NCBI GenBank assembly: GCA_043813875.1
Contig: JBDRKP010000062.1
Span: 1 to 13,130 of the forward strand
Length of the DNA: 13,130 nucleotides
Origin: an archaeon
GTDB taxonomy: Archaea; EX4484-52; B79-G9
Direction: 5' to 3'
A program made the translations under genes and the position numbers. This document shows, piece by piece, positions 1-6,253 of this stretch (positions within the stretch are counted from its first letter, which is position 1; each line of letters opens with the position of its first letter). The notes under the pieces are model-generated. The model was given only the letters and a program-made list of their open reading frames with translations. It was not told the DNA's origin and made no database searches.

Positions 1-80
1 AGGCAGAAACACCTTCAGAGGCGTTTATTCGGAAGATGAGGTCTGAAGTGTGGTTTGGCTTCGCTAAAGACTGGTTTTGA
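1..80 (+). CDS. 3' end of an unidentified CDS entering from the left edge (...AETPSEAFIRKMRSEVWFGFAKDWF*)
   Basis: Open frame from position 3 to TGA at 78-80. The stop overlaps a GAGGTGAT RBS preceding an ATG at 90, a typical archaeal operon junction. No family recognised. Confidence 0.4.
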   Translation, partial: AETPSEAFIRKMRSEVWFGFAKDWF

Positions 81-262
81 GGTGATATTATGGCTGTAAA
101 ATATATATCAAAAAAGATGGAAATAATTACGGGATATCACAGCTTCAACTATTGAAAGTAAGATATTTTTCTTGAAGAAAGGCTCTGATTCTTGAGCTCT
201 GGAAGTTTGTTTATCCGGATATGTGCGCCGGTTTTTGTGCTGATGCTGATCATTGTTTAACA

Positions 263-1384
263 TCATTTGTTTTCTTCGATGATCTCTTTGAATGCATTCA
301 CCACGGCCTTTAATTTTTCTTTTGAAATGCCATAGGTGGACAGTTTAAATGACTTTGTATGACCGGGTTTTATGCCTGTGATGCCTCTTTTTTTGAGCTC
401 GTTATAGAGAAAAAAACCTTTCTTTTTGTGCTTTTTTGAGATCTCATATAAGACAGGTGTATTGAAATACATCAGATCGTGCATGTGCGGCCTCTGGCCT
501 ACTAAAACAAAGCCGAGGGTTTCTAGTTCGGATGCAAACCACTGCGCTTTTTTTACTTCTTCGTCCCAGTTTTCTACTCTTTTATGTACTTCGGGAAATG
601 ACGACATCAGTGTTGCGATGGTTGCACCTCTTGATGTGCAACCGAGGCATTCTAGAACCTTGTTCGGGTAGTCTTTTGATATTTTAAGTACAATGTCTGC
701 ATATTTCTTGTTCATGCCGATGAATCCAATGGGTCCTGATGCGCTCATTGATTTGTGGCCGGATGCGACTATGAAGTCAGCTCCCAGCGCGGTCATATCT
801 ATCGGGCGGCGGCCTACGGAATATGCGCAATTCAGCACATAAGGCACGTTGTATTTTTTTGCAATGTCTCCCAGTTTTTTTGCATCTGAAAGATTTCCAT
901 AGTTGCCGTCGGGGTATGTCAAGAGAATCAGTTTTGGCTTGTGTTTTTTTATGAGAGGTTCGTAATTTGCGACATCGATGGAATCAGTGGAATCGTTGTT
1001 GTTTTTTACTTTTATGACGTTGAGATGAGCGCGTTCTATAGCAACAAGGCATGAATAATGGGCGTTTTCGTCGACAAGAACTGTATCGTCTGGTTCTGCG
1101 ATTGAATGCATGATCATAAACATTCCTTCACGCGCGCCGTTTGTTATACGGACGGTGTCGCAACCTACGAATTTTGGAAGGATATCTTTTGTGAATGTCT
1201 TTATCGGCGGTTTTTCGATGTCGTCAAGTGCGCCCTTGCAGAAATCACATACGGAGTAGCCGTCTCCAAATTCTATGAGCGCTTTTTTTGCTGCTTCTGT
1301 CAGTTTTCCGCCTGTCTGGAGCGGGTTGAGGTTAATGAAATCTTTTGTCTCGCGCTTGATATCTGTAAGTTTTGAATAATCCAT
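263..1384 (-). CDS. pscS: O-phospho-L-seryl-tRNA:Cys-tRNA synthase (SepCysS), PLP-dependent
   Basis: Motifs INLNPLQTGGKL, GDGYSVCDFC (CxxC), GAREG, AHYS, PDGNYGN, PLP-lysine motif SGHKS, third conserved Cys in LGCTSRG, C-terminal GIKPG..FKLSTYG. ATG at 1384 preferred over TTG at 1399. Adjacent to sepS and a tRNA-Cys. Confidence 0.96.
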   Translation of the reverse strand: MDYSKLTDIKRETKDFINLNPLQTGGKLTEAAKKALIEFGDGYSVCDFCKGALDDIEKPPIKTFTKDILPKFVGCDTVRITNGAREGMFMIMHSIAEPDDTVLVDENAHYSCLVAIERAHLNVIKVKNNNDSTDSIDVANYEPLIKKHKPKLILLTYPDGNYGNLSDAKKLGDIAKKYNVPYVLNCAYSVGRRPIDMTALGADFIVASGHKSMSASGPIGFIGMNKKYADIVLKISKDYPNKVLECLGCTSRGATIATLMSSFPEVHKRVENWDEEVKKAQWFASELETLGFVLVGQRPHMHDLMYFNTPVLYEISKKHKKKGFFLYNELKKRGITGIKPGHTKSFKLSTYGISKEKLKAVVNAFKEIIEENK

Positions 1385-1405
1385 AGATTTAATATACAAA
1401 TTATA

Positions 1406-1413
1406 TTTATATA
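1406..1413 (-). promoter_or_regulatory. Putative TATA box (TATATAAA) for a leaderless pscS transcript
   Basis: Lies 22-29 nt upstream of the ATG at 1384. The region is very AT-rich, so specificity is limited. Confidence 0.45.
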
Positions 1414-1428
1414 CATATACCTAAATTT

Positions 1429-1440
1429 AAAAAAAAAGAA
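1429..1440 (-). terminator. Oligo-T archaeal-type terminator after tRNA-Cys
   Basis: TTCTTTTTTTTT on the minus strand directly after the tRNA discriminator base. Confidence 0.55.
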
Positions 1441-1511
1441 AGCGAGGAGAGAGAATTGAACTCCCGTGAGTCGCTCTGCAGGCGACCACATGGCCACTAT
1501 GCTATCCTCGC
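1441..1511 (-). tRNA. tRNA-Cys (anticodon GCA), copy 1; intron-less, G37, U73, CCA not encoded
   Basis: Minus strand folds as GCGAGGA TA GCAT AGTGGCC ATGT G GTCGC CTGCAGA GCGAC TCAC GGGAG TTCAATT CTCTC TCCTCGC T. All four stems pair, anticodon at 1479-1477. The first 10 nt overlap the end of sepS. Confidence 0.95.
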
Positions 1512-3034
1512 ACATTAACTTTAATTGTGATGAAAACCGGGCCTTTTATGTCTATTTTCTTGTTCTGTTTCTCCAGCTGCTTTTTTGTTACAGAAGAAAT
1601 CATTAAATTTATATGCCCCAAAGCGCGAACCATTCCCGTGTATATCTCAAAATCAGCTGTTGGTTTGGATTCTATCTCTGCAGCGGCTTTATTTGCGATC
1701 GCCGCAATGAAAGATATATCTGTCCTTTGTCCTGTATTTTCATCCAAACTGTTGATTATATTTCCGTCTTTAACAAAAATCTTATTAAAGCCTGCAGGAC
1801 CGATCAATTTTTTGCCTTCCTCAACTTCGACTATAGATACTACTGTTTTTTTGCTGTCTATCACGCCAACCCACGCCACAACTTCTGCTGGCGCAATGTC
1901 GTTCTTGTGTTCCCGGGCTGTCTTGAGAATGGATTCGGCTATTTCTTTACCCTGTATGGTTTTTGGCTCTTCAATGTATTTTATGTCTTCTGCTATCTGT
2001 TTGTCGTCTAATGTGTCTTCAAGATAAAACTGGGGGAATATCATCTCTCTTATGTCTTTGTGACCGCCCAGCACCATTGCGAGGCGCTCAACACCGAAAC
2101 CAACATTGAATACGGGATACCTGATGTTAAAATTTGCAAGGGATATCGCAGAATACATGCCCATGTCTGCTATTTCCAGCCATTTCCCGTTGTGCATCAC
2201 AAATACTTCGTCTTCCAAGCCGTTCGCATAATATTTTGATGTCGCTTTTTTTGTCTCGAATCTTACTTTTTTGAAGCCTATTTTTTCGAATATTTTCTTT
2301 ACTATCCTCCGGCCGGCAACCACATCGATGTTGGGATCCATCACGACAATTGATGCGCTGTTGTGTACTCTGAGGTGGCCTGCATCCTCTTTTTGCTCGT
2401 TCCTGTAGCGGCGGCCTATTGAAAACAGGGCTACCGGAAAATCGGCTTTGTCCTGCATGGCAGATAGAGTGTGATACCATGTGCCGCTCATGTGGCTTCT
2501 TAAAGTAAGATTGGTCGGTATCGGCTTAAGGTCCTTTAACTGCTCAAAAAGAGATATAATCGCTGTCGCATGTTCTGTCTTGATGCCTAATTTCACGACA
2601 AGCTCCTCTACAAAATCGTCCCCTTCTATGTTTCCTTTTTTGTATTCCCGTAATATGTCTTTTAATAATGTGATATCGATCTTTGCAATCTCTTTAATGC
2701 GGGCAATTAATCTGTCATCAAGCCCAATTTCGGGTCTTGGCAGCTTTGCAATATAGAATGCCCGGTCAAGAATAACAGCAGCTTCCGGGCCATATTCGCG
2801 GTAGACGTCATCATCGGGAATGATGGTGAGGTTTTCGGTCTCATCAAATCCCATTTCGATGAGAAGGGATCTGAGGTGATTTATTGTTTTCCCGAGTATG
2901 TGCTCTTTACCTATCTTTTTTTCAAACATGAATTTTTGGGTGGGTTTTTGCTCAAATAAGGCTGATGTCTCAATCCATGTTTTTTCGAAATCGTTTTTTG
3001 CGTCTTCTCTTGTCTTCTTGATGTTTATCTGCAT
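1502..3034 (-). CDS. sepS: O-phosphoseryl-tRNA(Cys) synthetase (SepRS), divergent type
   Basis: Motifs FEKTW, YGPEAAVILDRAFY..LPRP, TLRSHM, motif 2 region FSIGRRYRNEQKED...NSAS, SKYY, motif 3 PVFNVGFGVERLAM, anticodon-domain EVEE..LIGPA and IDIKGPVF. Neighbours tRNA-Cys and pscS. Confidence 0.95.
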   Translation of the reverse strand: MQINIKKTREDAKNDFEKTWIETSALFEQKPTQKFMFEKKIGKEHILGKTINHLRSLLIEMGFDETENLTIIPDDDVYREYGPEAAVILDRAFYIAKLPRPEIGLDDRLIARIKEIAKIDITLLKDILREYKKGNIEGDDFVEELVVKLGIKTEHATAIISLFEQLKDLKPIPTNLTLRSHMSGTWYHTLSAMQDKADFPVALFSIGRRYRNEQKEDAGHLRVHNSASIVVMDPNIDVVAGRRIVKKIFEKIGFKKVRFETKKATSKYYANGLEDEVFVMHNGKWLEIADMGMYSAISLANFNIRYPVFNVGFGVERLAMVLGGHKDIREMIFPQFYLEDTLDDKQIAEDIKYIEEPKTIQGKEIAESILKTAREHKNDIAPAEVVAWVGVIDSKKTVVSIVEVEEGKKLIGPAGFNKIFVKDGNIINSLDENTGQRTDISFIAAIANKAAAEIESKPTADFEIYTGMVRALGHINLMISSVTKKQLEKQNKKIDIKGPVFITIKVNVRG

Positions 3035-3058
3035 AGGATTTATTTAAGAGGAAATACA

Positions 3059-3066
3059 TTTATAAA
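3059..3066 (-). promoter_or_regulatory. Putative TATA box (TTTATAAA) of sepS, leaderless transcript
   Basis: 25-32 nt upstream of the ATG at 3034, preceded by a purine-rich BRE-like stretch. No RBS before the ATG. Confidence 0.6.
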
Positions 3067-3141
3067 ATATTCTTTTTTGTGTGCCGGGTCTCTGAATTCG
3101 CTAAGGTGGTTGTTTTATTGTCAATCCAGACTTTTCCGGGA

Positions 3142-3606
3142 TTAAGAAATAATCTCTGTCTTTTTTTTGAAGAAGAGCCAGTTCTTTTTTGAGCCTGCGA
3201 AGCGGGTTCTTATGAGGACGTATGGGCCTTTTAGTTTCTGGCCGTTGATGTCGATTATGAGTTTGTCTTCTTCTGATTCTATGGTTTTGAATGTGCCGCG
3301 GTCCCAGATTGTCACTTTGCCTGCGCCGTATTGACCCTGTGGGATGGTTCCCTCGAAGTCGGCGTAGTCTATGGGGTGGTCTTCGGTCTCTACTGCCAAT
3401 CTTCTTGTTTGGGGGTCCGTCGGCGGAACTTTCGGGAGGGCCCAGCTTTTTAAGACGACGCCGATTTCCAAGCGCAGGTCCCAGTGGAGGCGGGATGCGT
3501 CGTGCTGCTGGATCACATAGATGCTTTTTTGTGTTGATTCTTGTTTTCCTTCTGGCTCGGCGGTTGATGTGAAGTTGCGCTTCTTTTTGTATTCTTCGAG
3601 GGACAT
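3142..3606 (-). CDS. Stand-alone DNA 3'-phosphoesterase (LigD N-terminal PE domain)
   Basis: LEEYKKKRNF..T.EP, VIQQHDASRLHWDLRLE, LKSWALPK, RLAVETEDHPIDYADFEGTIP.GQYGAG.V.IWDRG match the LigD phosphoesterase signature. No ligase or polymerase domain is fused. Confidence 0.92.
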   Translation of the reverse strand: MSLEEYKKKRNFTSTAEPEGKQESTQKSIYVIQQHDASRLHWDLRLEIGVVLKSWALPKVPPTDPQTRRLAVETEDHPIDYADFEGTIPQGQYGAGKVTIWDRGTFKTIESEEDKLIIDINGQKLKGPYVLIRTRFAGSKKNWLFFKKKTEIIS

Positions 3607-3721
3607 GGAATATTATTGGTTTTTATTTTTTTAATATCTTCTGCATGTCCCTTTAGAGCGGGCATAAATATTTGTAGTATAAAGGGCCAATATTCCATAG
3701 ACTGTTTGACGTTTGTGGTAT

Positions 3722-5500
3722 ATGATGGATAAGCCAGAGAACGGATATATGCGCGCTGTAGAGGAATATCTTGGCGGCATCGATGAGGTCATAGAGACGC
3801 ATATGTCCCGGGTGTTTCTTGGTGAGGATACTGCGGTCAAGGCATTCAAGGCAATCGATCTTTTTTTTGTGGATATGAGGCCGCTTCTGAAAAGGAAGAT
3901 TTCTGCTATCAAGACTGTGGAGGTCGACAGAGTGTATTCTCCTGATCTTGATACGCGGGTCGCTACGGTTGTCTTGAGTGATGGTTATTATTCTGTTGTT
4001 GACGGTGTGATTCCTGATACCGGACTTAAGGCAGGCGAAGAGATAGTCGATTATGTCATTGTCATGCGGCGCTTCAGGGCTAAGTCGGAACTTGATGAGT
4101 TCTACAGAAACGGAGAGATCACATATGAACATGCAAGGCAGATCGGTGAGCTTCTTGCTTTCGCGCATGAGAAGGCAAAGAGTGATGATGAGATATCTGG
4201 AACCGGTTTTCGCGCCATTTCCGGGAACTACGATGAGGCCTTCCGGATCACGAAGAATTATATCGGCGTCTCTATCAGTAAGAAGGACTATGATACCATA
4301 TATTCTGCTTACATAAAGTTTGTCGAGGAGAACCGCAAATTTCTTGAAAAAAGAAGGGTTGACGGATTCATCAGGCAGTGCCATGGGGATGCGCATTCAG
4401 GAAATATGTTTGTCGAGTCCGGGAAGGTCAAGATTTTTGATCCTATCGGCTTCAAGGATGAGTTCAGCTATATGGATGTTATTTCTGATCTCGCTTTCGC
4501 GTGCATGGATGCTATCTTTTTCGGGCGGGAGGATATCTCTTCTGCAATCAAGGATGCTTATGTGAGGAAGACGAGGGACGACGAAGGTGTCGGGCGCCTG
4601 CTTGATTTCTATATCGCATACCGGGCGTTTGTGAGGGGCGAGGTCAGGACGATGGCTGCGAGCGGATGGAGAAAAAAGGAAAGTGGGAAGGCCATTTCTG
4701 AGGCAAAAAAATATTTCAGGATCGCAAAGAAGTATGCTCTGAAGGCATTAAAAAGCCAGAAACTCTATATCGTATGCGGCTACGTGGCGTCTGGCAAAAC
4801 TACTGTCGCTTCGCTGCTTCGAAGGATTACGGGCGCCAGGGCCATCAGTACGGACGAAATCCGAAAAGAGATGTATCCTCTCGTGTTTAATTACGGGCTT
4901 AAAAAGATAGCTTCGGCTGAGAGAATAAAGGAATGGATCGAGTCTAATGATGCGGATAAGATCAATTTCCAGGAAGTGCTTAATCCGCTGCTTGAATTCA
5001 AGGAGAGGGAGTATAAGAAGATAATATATGAATATAATCATTTCGTGAGGGAGCAGAAGGAGAAAGTATACAGGAGAGCATATTCTTTGCTTGATGAGTA
5101 CCTGTCTTCTGGGGATGATGTCATCTTCGATGCGACGTTTTCCAAGATGGAGATGCGTTATGAGGCGTATGATGTTTCGCTCAGGCACGGAGTGAAAGAT
5201 GTGTATATCTTACAGGTGCTCTGTTCGAGAGATGAGGTGGCTGGGCGGCTTTCTCTCAGAAAAAAAATGGGGCGAAAGAGCGCATCTGAGGCGAAGCAGC
5301 TTGAGATTTATGATCTTGTGAAGATGGAGTTCGATCGCAGCAGGATCGATCTTGATGATCCTACCGGTATCAATCTTCGGCGGATTGTGTATCATACTGA
5401 TACTTATGATGTTGAAGAGTTTGGAGAGAGGGATGATACTGTCGAGATGATTGTCGTTAAGGTGATCGGCGCATTGATAAAAAGGTACAGACGTGAATGA
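3722..5500 (+). CDS. Aminoglycoside-phosphotransferase-like kinase fused to a P-loop (AAA_33-type) nucleotide-kinase domain
   Basis: N-terminal IETHMSRVFL..AVK, catalytic loop CHGDAHSGN, FDPIGF..MDVISDLAF..MD, FYIAYRAFVRG. C-terminal Walker A GYVASGKTT, STDEIRK and VIFDATF. Start placed at ATG 3722 (3725 possible). Confidence 0.85.
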   Translation: MMDKPENGYMRAVEEYLGGIDEVIETHMSRVFLGEDTAVKAFKAIDLFFVDMRPLLKRKISAIKTVEVDRVYSPDLDTRVATVVLSDGYYSVVDGVIPDTGLKAGEEIVDYVIVMRRFRAKSELDEFYRNGEITYEHARQIGELLAFAHEKAKSDDEISGTGFRAISGNYDEAFRITKNYIGVSISKKDYDTIYSAYIKFVEENRKFLEKRRVDGFIRQCHGDAHSGNMFVESGKVKIFDPIGFKDEFSYMDVISDLAFACMDAIFFGREDISSAIKDAYVRKTRDDEGVGRLLDFYIAYRAFVRGEVRTMAASGWRKKESGKAISEAKKYFRIAKKYALKALKSQKLYIVCGYVASGKTTVASLLRRITGARAISTDEIRKEMYPLVFNYGLKKIASAERIKEWIESNDADKINFQEVLNPLLEFKEREYKKIIYEYNHFVREQKEKVYRRAYSLLDEYLSSGDDVIFDATFSKMEMRYEAYDVSLRHGVKDVYILQVLCSRDEVAGRLSLRKKMGRKSASEAKQLEIYDLVKMEFDRSRIDLDDPTGINLRRIVYHTDTYDVEEFGERDDTVEMIVVKVIGALIKRYRRE

Positions 5501-5503
5501 CAA

Positions 5504-5917
5504 TCAATCCCATGATGATGATTGCTCTTCCAGAAGCTTGAGCGCCTTGTCTTTCTTTTCGTACGGCACGAAGAGGTGGTCGTGATGATAGGCGGATACT
5601 GGATTGACGCTGATCCCGGATTTTGCGAGTCTCGCGGTTATTGCGGCCAGGAAGCCGACTGCTTCAAGGTCTGAATGGACGGTCAATGTTATTTGCGCCC
5701 ATGTCATTGAATATGGAAGTGAGTTGGCATCTGCTGATTCTTTTTCTATGATGATGGTTGCGCCTTCCTGTTCCCTGAATATCAGTAAAGGGTCTATCTT
5801 CAGTTCAGGAAGGGATTCGTATGGCAGAGTGCAAAAAACAAATTCGTGGTCTATCAATTTCGGTTTCATCGACTTCAGCAATGTTTTCAGATCAGTTATG
5901 GATGGCAGATAAATCAC
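5504..5917 (-). CDS. ACT-domain-containing protein (DUF2241/ACT_7 type)
   Basis: ITDLKTLLKSMKPKL...FVFCT, FREQEGATII, ITLTVHSDLEAVGFLAAITARLA..GISVNPVSAYHHDHLFVP. Start uncertain (GTG 5917 or CTG 5908). Confidence 0.88.
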   Translation of the reverse strand: MIYLPSITDLKTLLKSMKPKLIDHEFVFCTLPYESLPELKIDPLLIFREQEGATIIIEKESADANSLPYSMTWAQITLTVHSDLEAVGFLAAITARLAKSGISVNPVSAYHHDHLFVPYEKKDKALKLLEEQSSSWD

Positions 5918-6021
5918 TTCCTTTAGTAGTTATTTTATCAGGCGGCTTATTTGTCTGAATTCGGTTTTTTCGGGGTTTATTGCGCCGATAGAACTCATAT
6001 GAAGACCAATATAGATAATAT

Positions 6022-6048
6022 TGGAGCAGGGGATTAATCCGAAGAACC
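6022..6048 (-). repeat. Degenerate direct repeat of the 3' end of tRNA-Cys copy 2 (att-like scar)
   Basis: TGGAGCAGGGG at 6022-6032 is identical to 6111-6121. Similarity continues (attaatccgaagaacc vs gagtgattcgaacaccc). Confidence 0.65.
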
Positions 6049-6110
6049 TTCTGAAAGGTTCATCATCACAGCGACCATAAAGCTTCGCTTTAGGTCACTT
6101 ATGGATATTT

Positions 6111-6212
6111 TGGAGCAGGGGGAGTGATTCGAACACCCGTTAATGAGCTTGCTGCTTTGAGCGATCTTTTGCTCTTTTGCAGGCTCACGCCAAGCCGCTA
6201 GGCGACCCCTGC
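6111..6212 (-). tRNA. tRNA-Cys (anticodon GCA), copy 2; 27-nt intron at 37/38, A37, U73, CCA encoded
   Basis: Minus strand: GCAGGGG TC GCCTAGCGGCTTGGC G TGAGC CTGCAA [AAGAGCAAAAGATCGCTCAAAGCAGCA] A GCTCA TTAAC GGGTG TTCGAAT CACTC CCCCTGC T CCA. Anticodon at 6180-6178, mature length 75 nt. Confidence 0.93.
6150..6176 (-). other. Archaeal tRNA intron at the canonical 37/38 position, relaxed bulge-helix-loop motif
   Basis: CUGC (32-35) pairs with intron GCAG. The 3' site is a 3-nt bulge CA/A. The 5' site lies in a 4x3 all-A internal loop closed by GAGC/GCUC. Confidence 0.85.
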
Positions 6213-6236
6213 GCGTCTGTTTGAATTGCGGGACAA

Positions 6237-6244
6237 TATTTAAA
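6237..6244 (-). promoter_or_regulatory. TATA box (TTTAAATA) of tRNA-Cys copy 2
   Basis: 25-32 nt upstream of the mature tRNA 5' end, within the 41-bp cysS-tRNA spacer. Confidence 0.65.
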
Positions 6245-6253
6245 TAGGTTTTG

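Noticed and set aside
1300..1515. 71-aa ORF spanning the sepS-pscS gap
   Set aside because: Runs through the tRNA-Cys gene and its T-tract; not protein-like.
3653..4396. 247-aa minus-strand ORF
   Set aside because: Antisense shadow of the motif-bearing kinase gene; no recognisable motifs.
6044..6061. Hairpin with TCA in the loop as a possible tRNA-Sec/UGA-suppressor anticodon arm or SECIS
   Set aside because: The loop cannot be 7 nt, there is no cloverleaf or 5' acceptor strand, and no intact gene in the window needs UGA read-through.
5938..6069. Box C (GTGATGA) suggesting a C/D-box sRNA
   Set aside because: The nearest same-strand CTGA is over 120 nt away, too far for an archaeal C/D guide, and no C'/D' boxes are evident.
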